Below, in pieces: positions 46,381 through 55,453 of a DNA stretch of 64,000 nt. Source of the DNA: Ascoidea asiatica JCM 7603 (taxonomy: Eukaryota > Fungi > Ascomycota); contig BCKQ01000008.1 in NCBI GenBank assembly GCA_001600695.1, positions 402,669 through 466,668 of the forward strand. The letters are read 5' to 3'. The notes under the pieces are model-generated. The model was given only the letters and a program-made list of their open reading frames with translations. It was not told where the DNA came from and did no database searches. The first letter of the stretch is position 1; the number at the start of each line of letters is the position of its first letter. Both the position numbers and the translations under genes were made by a program.

Positions 46381-49300
46381 CTAGTTTCTTATGGAAAATG
46401 AAGAACGACATATTGGACAAGTATTTTTTCCAGATGATTTAAACCATTTATGCAAACAAGCTGTATGATATTTGTTATTACATGTTTTACAAGCATTATT
46501 AGGTTTAGATCCATCTTGATGTAATAATGAAAAACAAATATTACAAGTATCTGAATCTTCAAAAAAGGCTTTAATATAAAGATAAAATACTTTTATTGAA
46601 TCAAGAATTGATTCATTTCCATTCATAAAAATCCATTTAGAAGCCTTTAATGCTTTATCCCAATCATTCTTTTTAAGACCAATTCTATTTTTACCTTCTA
46701 CAACAATATGTTCTAAAGGATATAATTTTGGAATTCTAATAATCATTTGCATTCTAAGTTCATCAATAGTATAATTAGATTCAATTTCTTTAGAATTCTT
46801 ATTAACTTTAATACTTAAAATTTTATCAGTAAGAAACTTTTCTGAACTGTTATTTTTTAATAATACTTCCTCAACTTTTTCAAATTTATCTTCAATAATT
46901 AATGGACTGATATATTTACTAGTAAATTCACTGATATTTTTCTTTTCTTCTGAATTTTTTAAGTTTGAGTACCAAATTCTTATTTCTGAAGTAAAATTAA
47001 ATAAACATAAATAATATAAATGAAGTAATAAAACTTTAATTTCAATCACTGAATCTGTACTATTCTCATGAGGATTTCCAATAATTTCATATTCTTGAAT
47101 ATCTTTAATATAAACTTCTTTCATTAATGTTGAAATTGCGGACTCAGAAAAATCAACTTCTTCAATAATAAAATCCATTAATTCTTTTAATAAATTGGTT
47201 TGATGTTTTTTTGTTAATTCGGAAAGATAAATATCTTTCATCTGTTGAGTTATACACTTGAAATGATCTAAAATCAAAAGCCAACTCCATAAATATTTGA
47301 ATAGTTGGTTATCTTTTTCAAACTCAAAATTATTGATATTCAAAATCAAAGACTTAGGTAATTTAACCAAATCATTTATTTCAGAACATTCTTCAATAGT
47401 AGAATTGGATGAATCCTCTTTCTTAGTATTTCCAATTTCAATATCAAAAACTAAATCTTCTTGAATTTTTGGAATTATTTTATGTAGCATATTAACTGCA
47501 ATTCGTTGTATTGAAACATAATTAAATTCAAGTAAACTCTCTAGTTCTTTTGATTTACCTTTAAATAGATTTATTGGAAAACTTTTAAATATTCTAACAT
47601 ATTGTTCATTTTCAATAATAATAGCTTGAATATTTTTATTTTGATTTTTATTTTTTAATAGTATTTCAAATACCTGTTGATATAATCCTTCACTTTTTGC
47701 TAACCATATGTTATTATAATCTTCTTTTTTACGAATTAATGCAATTAATAACTTTGAAGAAAAATAGTATAATTCATGTAATACATGATTCTTTTCATCT
47801 AATTCTGAAAAAATAATATCAAATGATTTTTTACATAATTCTACCCCTAGAACAAATAAGTTTTCTTTTTGATTACCACTTTTGGTCAATGCAAGTACCT
47901 GTATAACAAATATTGATATCTGTATTACCATTCTAATAAAGTCTGTATCATAACCATTATTTTCTAAAACAAATTTTTTGAATATGTGAATCAATTGATC
48001 CAATGTTCTTCTCATTATTAATCGATATTTATCCCCTTCCAACAGATATTCATCATAAAGCATGTTATTTAATAAAATCAAATTCAAAGTATTTTTTTCA
48101 ATATTATTTTCATCTTTTATATTAGACAAAATTTCATTTGAAAACTTTTCTCTAAAATCATTAAAAATATTCTTAGCAATATATTTTCGGAATGCAGTAG
48201 CAAAGCATGCAAATAAAATAGGATTATCTACACTTACTTGATAAAGTTTGTTTAAAGTAAGTTCTGAAAATTTCTTTAAAGGTAATTCTTCTGCAATATC
48301 TGAAAGCAAAATTTTTAAAATTCTTGCAAAATAATAACTAACTACAGATTTATCAATCACTCCAGGAATAACATAGAAAATCAAATTACAATTTTCTTCA
48401 GGAGTTCTCAATTCCTTAAAATTTACAATGCTATGAAAAATCTCATTGAATGAAGTATCACATTTATGTTTGTTTAATAACATTAAACAATCATTTCTGA
48501 AATACATAAAAATTTTGACTTCATCTTTTGAGCATTCATTCAAAAACATATAGTCTTGAGATAGTTCACTTAATAAACATAAATAAATAATTTGCATGGG
48601 TTTGAGTGTATAGAATTGCGAAGAATTGTTGATAAGATACAAATAAAATACAGAGAGTTTTATAGTTGAAATTGATCTAGATAGTTCATTCGTTACAAGT
48701 TTTTTCTTGTATACTAAGAATATGTTACTCTCTAAACTGTTTCTTATCGATAGACTAGGATCAATTAGACCACTTGTACATTCCTCTATTAATAACTTCC
48801 AATCATTTTCCTTAGGAATTAAAGATGAAAGAAAATTAATACTAATATTCCTAACAATATTGGAAAGTGTTCCTTTAAAATTTTCATCTAACACTAAAGA
48901 GAATACATAAGTTTTTAAGGCTTTTTTATAGATATATGGCGCATCATCGAGCGTGTTTATAACACTAAAAAATTTGAAAGATAAATCATACATGGTTTCT
49001 TCATTACTATTTAAACTTTTCCACAAGTAAACGTAGTAATTTAAAACATTTGAGTTATTCTTTACATTTGATAACTCCCTAATTAGTGCATTTCTATTAG
49101 AAAGCTTGTCAACCTCAATTGTGAAAGTGTCTAGCGAAAGTTGTTTGAATGCTGTATCTAAAAGTGATAAATATAAACGAATATCGACAAATTGAAAAGT
49201 TAGTGGCTCATAAATATTTTTTGAGCCAAAATAATAGTTTCCCAAGAACTCTGTGATATATTTAAAAAATGTTCCATTATCAAGCTTTAATTTATCAAAA

Positions 49301-52068
49301 TAGTTAATGTTTTGTAAACCATCTAAAAATGTCCAAAATAGATCCGTTTCACCAAAAGCATTACTTGATTGCAAAATTTTGGATTCTTGAGATTGGTTTT
49401 CAGAAAAATTTCTTTTTTCTTCCTCTATAATTCGACAATTATGTGCTATATTATTTGATAATTGGAGAATAAATGAGTTATCAAAAAAAATAGAACTTTC
49501 TAGCAAAGATCTAATAATATTAAAAAAGTCCTTGGGAAGGTTTATCGCTAAAAAAAACTCCACATTCTCTATTAATAAGTTATAAACTTTAGTTTTGAAT
49601 TGAATTAAATCTGCCTTGATAAATTGGCTTAGTATAAACATTGAATATTTCTCTAAATTTTTGGAAGATTTGGTTTGAAATTTAGAGGTCAAGTTATTCG
49701 ATGAATAACTAAATAATTCCTCCAATAAAGAATATTCTTTTAAAGAATTTAATAGCCTTAACAAATTTAAAATAAAATTGGAATGGTAATTTGAATCAAT
49801 ATTTGTTTTGGTGGCAGGGTCACATTTTAGTGCATCAATTATATCTGAAAATTTATTCTGATTAGCTTCTACATCCTGTGTATCATGTAGCAAGAAGTCT
49901 AACAGACTTGGTTCTTTTTGGGATCTTAATAAATTATTTACATTGGTTGAAACAACTTCTTTAGTAATCTCATCATTTTTTGATGAAAAATTCTTTTTTT
50001 TGATATAATTGCTTTCAAACCCCGTGTTTTGCTCCTCACTGATATTTTCCAGCTTGTTATTTACATTATTGTTAGTTAAAGCCAGAATTTTGTTATCCTC
50101 GTTAATTATATCTTCATTTCTTCCTTGAATTATAATCTCAGCTTTCTTATTAGTAGATTTTTTCTCACTAACTTGGTCTATTTTTTTATTTTCACAAGGT
50201 TTATATTTAATGGAATTCGATAAAATAGGATACATTAGATCAATAGCTTCATGGACTTTTCCCAAATTGAAATTATCCACAAAATTCAGATTAGCGAAGA
50301 AATTTTCTTCCAATAATTCAATATTAAAATCAATTGAAATCAAAAAATCAAATAATTCTTTTGAAAATCTATTGAAAGTTAAATTCCACTCATTTTTATC
50401 ATTGAAAAAAAGAGTACTATTATAACTATCATCATTTTTTATTTTAAAAAACCGTTTTTTAAAAGTTTGAAGAAATTTATTAAAAATTTTAACAGTAATG
50501 ATGATGGAAGATAGAAGAAATTCTTGATTTATTTCAGATTTGATATTGGATAGCATGATTTCATCTAAAAATAACTTGAAATCAATAATTAAATGGAAAT
50601 CTATAATTTCTTTTGAACTGTTTTTAATTAATAAATCTTCAATTAAAAAATAATAAATATCACTGGATTGATAGGAACCTAATTTTAAAAAATTGATAAT
50701 AATTATTCTTGAATCTGGAACTAAGCTAAAAATTTCATCTGGTGAAATTTTATTCAATTCATTCAATAAAATTAAAGAAGGTATAAAAAGAGAAGAATTA
50801 TCATCTATGAAATAATCTTTTAAGTTATATTTGAAACTTATTCTTGATAATAATTGAAGAAAATCTCCAAGAATATATATGAAAGTATAAATATTATTAT
50901 CAAGTAAATGATTTAAAAGAAAGTTTTTTTGAGAAATTAATAAACTGATTAATTTAATTTTTAATAAATTATAATTTATTAGACCTGGAATATTACAATT
51001 GAATAAATTAAAAGACAAGTTTTTTATTAGTGATATAAACTTGACTTCATTATTGATGATAGCTTTCTTGAAATTTTGGATTAAAAATTCACACAAAGAA
51101 ATTGAGGAATGGACTAATCTGAAATATTTTAAATCATAATCTCTTGGGCTTAGATTTGAAAGATTTTTAAATCCCTCTGAATAATGATTATTTAAAATTT
51201 CGTTAATTAAGTTTATAATATCATTAATAATGGAATCAATATTATTAGCAAGCTTTTCAGTAATCTTTAGAAAAGAAGTTTCATACATTCTTCTATTGCT
51301 AAATGATGTTTTTTCATCTAAATCAAATAAATTTAGCAATAAATATGGAAAAATAATTTGAGTATTATTATTAAATTGAGACTTTAATAGATTAATTAAA
51401 TTATACATTATTTTATTTGAAGATAATCTAATTGAATCATTATTATCAAATGATAATATGATATAAATTTGACACCAAGAATTTTTAAATATATCATTAT
51501 CAATAGCTGAAATATTCGATGGAAAGTTTTTTGAATTATATAATTTTTTTATAGAATAATCTAATTTTGATAAAGCAGATAATTTTCTTAAATCATATTT
51601 AGATAATATTTGAGAGAAAATTTCAGAAAGAAATGCATTTGAAAAGCGAGTATAATCTGGAAAACAATTTAAAGAATATAAAGAGTATTCATAAGTATAA
51701 TTAATACTCTTAATGATAGAACTATTTGAACTAACTACTTTTATATCCTCTGGAGTTGCATCTTTAGTATCATCATTACCAGAATTATCATGACTAATAG
51801 GTGTAATAAGCTCGTTGGGTTTAATAATGATAAGTTTAGTAGGATTAATTGGTTTAAATTGTGTAAACGTATCATTATAGCTATATTCGTTTTTACTGAA
51901 TTTATTCTTATTTTTTTTTACAAATCCAAAAGGATTTTTAAATATCTGAGAAATTCTTTTGGATGATTTGGAATTCCTAGATAAATTTTTTTCATTACTT
52001 TCGTTCATGATTTTTAAAATGAAGTTAATAGTTAATTGAATGGAAAAAATCAAAATAAAAACTACCAT
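46381..52068 (-). CDS. RKR1: Listerin-type ribosome quality-control E3 ligase, divergent
   Basis: N-domain SWCQIY..L..D....IR; YLWSWLLILDHF; RWD YTIDE..IRIPKLYPL; RING CNIC..H..C..C..H..CLHKWFKSSGKNTCPICR. Confidence 0.85.
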   Translation of the reverse strand: MVVFILIFSIQLTINFILKIMNESNEKNLSRNSKSSKRISQIFKNPFGFVKKNKNKFSKNEYSYNDTFTQFKPINPTKLIIIKPNELITPISHDNSGNDDTKDATPEDIKVVSSNSSIIKSINYTYEYSLYSLNCFPDYTRFSNAFLSEIFSQILSKYDLRKLSALSKLDYSIKKLYNSKNFPSNISAIDNDIFKNSWCQIYIILSFDNNDSIRLSSNKIMYNLINLLKSQFNNNTQIIFPYLLLNLFDLDEKTSFSNRRMYETSFLKITEKLANNIDSIINDIINLINEILNNHYSEGFKNLSNLSPRDYDLKYFRLVHSSISLCEFLIQNFKKAIINNEVKFISLIKNLSFNLFNCNIPGLINYNLLKIKLISLLISQKNFLLNHLLDNNIYTFIYILGDFLQLLSRISFKYNLKDYFIDDNSSLFIPSLILLNELNKISPDEIFSLVPDSRIIIINFLKLGSYQSSDIYYFLIEDLLIKNSSKEIIDFHLIIDFKLFLDEIMLSNIKSEINQEFLLSSIIITVKIFNKFLQTFKKRFFKIKNDDSYNSTLFFNDKNEWNLTFNRFSKELFDFLISIDFNIELLEENFFANLNFVDNFNLGKVHEAIDLMYPILSNSIKYKPCENKKIDQVSEKKSTNKKAEIIIQGRNEDIINEDNKILALTNNNVNNKLENISEEQNTGFESNYIKKKNFSSKNDEITKEVVSTNVNNLLRSQKEPSLLDFLLHDTQDVEANQNKFSDIIDALKCDPATKTNIDSNYHSNFILNLLRLLNSLKEYSLLEELFSYSSNNLTSKFQTKSSKNLEKYSMFILSQFIKADLIQFKTKVYNLLIENVEFFLAINLPKDFFNIIRSLLESSIFFDNSFILQLSNNIAHNCRIIEEEKRNFSENQSQESKILQSSNAFGETDLFWTFLDGLQNINYFDKLKLDNGTFFKYITEFLGNYYFGSKNIYEPLTFQFVDIRLYLSLLDTAFKQLSLDTFTIEVDKLSNRNALIRELSNVKNNSNVLNYYVYLWKSLNSNEETMYDLSFKFFSVINTLDDAPYIYKKALKTYVFSLVLDENFKGTLSNIVRNISINFLSSLIPKENDWKLLIEECTSGLIDPSLSIRNSLESNIFLVYKKKLVTNELSRSISTIKLSVFYLYLINNSSQFYTLKPMQIIYLCLLSELSQDYMFLNECSKDEVKIFMYFRNDCLMLLNKHKCDTSFNEIFHSIVNFKELRTPEENCNLIFYVIPGVIDKSVVSYYFARILKILLSDIAEELPLKKFSELTLNKLYQVSVDNPILFACFATAFRKYIAKNIFNDFREKFSNEILSNIKDENNIEKNTLNLILLNNMLYDEYLLEGDKYRLIMRRTLDQLIHIFKKFVLENNGYDTDFIRMVIQISIFVIQVLALTKSGNQKENLFVLGVELCKKSFDIIFSELDEKNHVLHELYYFSSKLLIALIRKKEDYNNIWLAKSEGLYQQVFEILLKNKNQNKNIQAIIIENEQYVRIFKSFPINLFKGKSKELESLLEFNYVSIQRIAVNMLHKIIPKIQEDLVFDIEIGNTKKEDSSNSTIEECSEINDLVKLPKSLILNINNFEFEKDNQLFKYLWSWLLILDHFKCITQQMKDIYLSELTKKHQTNLLKELMDFIIEEVDFSESAISTLMKEVYIKDIQEYEIIGNPHENSTDSVIEIKVLLLHLYYLCLFNFTSEIRIWYSNLKNSEEKKNISEFTSKYISPLIIEDKFEKVEEVLLKNNSSEKFLTDKILSIKVNKNSKEIESNYTIDELRMQMIIRIPKLYPLEHIVVEGKNRIGLKKNDWDKALKASKWIFMNGNESILDSIKVFYLYIKAFFEDSDTCNICFSLLHQDGSKPNNACKTCNNKYHTACLHKWFKSSGKNTCPICRSSFSIRN

Positions 52069-52762
52069 TTAAATAATCGAAAAGGCTAAGCATTTTATAA
52101 CTATGAATTAAAAATGTAGTAACGTTTCACAATAGCAAAATCAAAGTATTACTGAAAAAATTAATTGGAAATAATATCAATTGATAGTAAAAACATTTTT
52201 TCTAAAGATTTATAATGAATGATATTGGAGGAATTCATTTTGAGAAAATTTTTGCACATGAATTTAGAACAGGTCTTTAAGATATGGCAAAAGAAATATA
52301 AAGTAACTGTTCTGTGGATCAGTTCTCCTCTGAGCGATTATACATAGGTTGTGTAGTCTTAAAAAAGTAGAAGTTCCATACTAAAGTTCTTTAGTTAATC
52401 CTTATTGTTGGTTGTGTAACACTATTCATATTTTTTATATGAGATATTATTTGTAGTTTATATTATATAATTTATATCATTTATTAGTTTTTATTTACAC
52501 TATTTTATACTGCTTGATAATGTTCCCAGAATGTTTGTTTACTTTGAATATTTTCTCTGAGAAATAGGCATTCCGACTACAATAGAGAGTAAAAATCCAA
52601 AACGTGATCAATCCGGTTTATTAGATTCTTTGGGAAATTATTTTAAGTTCCGGTTAAACAAAAAAACCAGCTTTTAGGTTTTAGCTCTTTAACTTAATCA
52701 CTTTTAAACTCACCCAATTTGAACTTTAAAACCTTATTACTTTAATGCATAATAAACCATAA

Positions 52763-54247
52763 TTATTCAACTTTCATAATACAAGATATTCTTATGTAAA
52801 AACTTTTCAAGAACATTTTTCTTTGCAAAGTAGTTAGTTGATCAAACATACCCGAAATTATTTGCATTGGAAAATCATCGGATATCAAAGTATATTTTAA
52901 AAATACTGCTAAAAAGTTCTCTATAGTTGAATTTTTATAATTTTTACTTTCATTGTTGTTTTCATTTCCAAAATTTTTCAAATTTTTATGAAATTTTATG
53001 AAAATTTCACCCATTATATTACATGCACCAATATTGATTTTGGACTTATTAACTTGGTTTATAAATAGTTTTGGAATCATTATTTCTTTCAAAAAAATAT
53101 TGAAATCTTCAATTGAGTTATAATTTATGATCGAATTTGAGTTTGACTTTTCTCTAATTAATAAACGGCAAATTAATGAAAAGTATTCTTTGTTTTTTTC
53201 AAAAGAATCCAGTTTTAATAGATTTATTATTAGAGGTTTGCAATTTTTATGATTTTGAATTATATTATAATCTCTAAAAAAATATACACCAACGAACAAT
53301 TTCAAAACCATTAGGATCAATTTTGAATTATATGAATGAATTGATTTATTATTTGATAAATCAATTATTGATAATAATTGAAGAAACTTTTCTATAAAAT
53401 ACTTGAAAATATCCTTTTCAAAATAATATAAAAGTGATAAATTTGAATAATTTTCAAAAACAAAAAATTCCATAATATTGACTCTAATTGGATTAAGAAT
53501 ACATATTTTAACATTATCTAAAACTAAAAAATCATAAAGTTTTTTTTCTCTTAATATTATATCTACTATAAATGAGTTTGATAATTTTAATGAATTTTTA
53601 GATAAAAAAGGTAATAATTGTATAGACGAATTAACAATTGTATAAAACTTTAGTTCTCTAGAATCATAATCAATCAATTTTTCAATTGATAGTGTATTCA
53701 AATTTTCTTTGAATAAAATATCATAAATTAAGTTTATAATATCCGATCCAATAATTTCTAATATTTTAACATCATCTCCATTTTTTTGATCAAAGTGTAA
53801 GAAAAAGTTCTTCATATTATAATTTAAATTGAATTCATCTGGATCAAATAAATTAATCAATAATATTGGTAAATATTGTGATAAATATTTTCTAATAAAA
53901 AAATTTTTATTTAATAATTGAATAAATTTGAAATGAATCTGATTAGTTAAAAGTCTTATTTTTTTATTTGAGTCTATAGATAATTTAACATAAACTTGAC
54001 ACCAAGAAATTTTGAAATTTTCATTATTAATTTTTTTGATAATTATAGTTTTATCTTGATTTAAGAAGGTTTCTAAGTCAGTTAAAGCTCTGAATTTTAT
54101 ATTCACATCAAAATTTAGTAATCTTGTAATTATGTGACTAAGATAAGCATCATTTATTAAACAAGCATCTGGAAGGTTTTTAAAATAGCATAAAGAAATA
54201 CACCTAATATTTTGATCATCATTTTCAAATAACTTATGAAAGGACAT
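52763..54247 (-). CDS. Truncated RKR1/LTN1 paralogue (N-terminal HEAT region only)
   Basis: SLCYFKNLPD, KFRALTDL, SWCQVYVKLSIDSNKKIR, LLINLFDPDE align with the neighbour's N-terminus; no RWD or RING. Confidence 0.78.
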   Translation of the reverse strand: MSFHKLFENDDQNIRCISLCYFKNLPDACLINDAYLSHIITRLLNFDVNIKFRALTDLETFLNQDKTIIIKKINNENFKISWCQVYVKLSIDSNKKIRLLTNQIHFKFIQLLNKNFFIRKYLSQYLPILLINLFDPDEFNLNYNMKNFFLHFDQKNGDDVKILEIIGSDIINLIYDILFKENLNTLSIEKLIDYDSRELKFYTIVNSSIQLLPFLSKNSLKLSNSFIVDIILREKKLYDFLVLDNVKICILNPIRVNIMEFFVFENYSNLSLLYYFEKDIFKYFIEKFLQLLSIIDLSNNKSIHSYNSKLILMVLKLFVGVYFFRDYNIIQNHKNCKPLIINLLKLDSFEKNKEYFSLICRLLIREKSNSNSIINYNSIEDFNIFLKEIMIPKLFINQVNKSKINIGACNIMGEIFIKFHKNLKNFGNENNNESKNYKNSTIENFLAVFLKYTLISDDFPMQIISGMFDQLTTLQRKMFLKSFYIRISCIMKVE

Positions 54248-55154
54248 TTTTGAAATACAAACTTAAAAGATTGAAATAATATTTTATATATTGATTTAGT
54301 TGAATTATAGTCTGAAATAAAATAAAGCAAACCAAATAGCTAAACAGTCCAAGATACAAGAAAATTGAAATAGAAATATGCTTTTTTTTATCCATTAATT
54401 TTTTTTCAAACCCAGAAAACCATAGTAGTATGGTTCAATTAAAAGATCATAAAATTTTGAAAACGTTTTTACACTTATATTTTAATTTATCTTGGACCTC
54501 CTTTTATCTTGAACTTATTTGAATCCAGTTTTCCAGAATAAAGTTTTCAACCCTTTTGAGAAATGCATTGTTCAAAAAGAAAATATTTATCGTTATTAAA
54601 AGAAGCTGCTTCATGGGAAATTCCATACTTCAGTTCTTTTTAAACTTTTTTTTCAAGCCTTTTCGAGAATTTTATAAAACCTGACTGAATAGTTGATTAG
54701 GATGAACTCTAAACCATAGTTTGAGTGTTGAAATTGTAGTTTGATAAAATAAATAGCCATAGAGAAATCAGAACTTAATACTGGGCCAAGTACGATGCTG
54801 AGTTGTCTATATTTATAATTCATCTGTAATGGCAATTACTGTATTAATTAAATTAGAATTGCTCTTGTCGCCATATTTGTGGATGGCGTATACGTGTTGA
54901 GCTGCCGCCCAAAGAGGAAAGCGAGTTTTACCGAGGAGTTCCCGGTTTCTGCACTCAGACTGACATTGTCAGATTTAAGCTATCAAAAGAAAGGCTCTTT
55001 TTCAGTAACAAACAAATTTAAGATGTGGGTAACTAATAAGATGTTATCTGGGTATTTGGCTTTATTTTTAATATATTCAAAATAAATCATCCTAAAACCA
55101 TTGAAAGAGATTAAAAAAAAAGAGCCAAACAACATTTTAATGGCCTCTTGCTTC

Positions 55155-55226
55155 TGAGAGATACGGGAATCGAACCCATGTCATCTGCTTGGAAGGCAAA
55201 TATGATAACCACTACACTAATCTCCC
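55155..55226 (-). tRNA. tRNA-Gly(UCC), copy 1
   Basis: GGGAGAT/ATCTCTC acceptor, TTTGC-CT-TCC-AA-GCAGA anticodon arm, GGTTCGATTCC. Confidence 0.93.
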
Positions 55227-55453
55227 ATTAACTTGGAAGATCTTTACTGTAAAAGAATATGTTTTTCTTTTCTTAGAGTATTCGCATCTACCGCATCTAC
55301 CGAGAAATTGATTATTGTATACACTTTAGTAAAAATCTAAGTTACTGCAAAGATAATGTTGTAATATGTCAAGTAAGAATAAAATATCTTTATTTTCGTA
55401 TAATACAATATATCAAAAGGTAATAGAATTAGTTATAAATTTATTTCTGACAA

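Noticed and set aside
54419-54435. Short inverted repeat ACCATA-GTAG-TATGGT upstream of the truncated Ltn1 gene
   Set aside because: Single short AT-rich palindrome; compatible with chance
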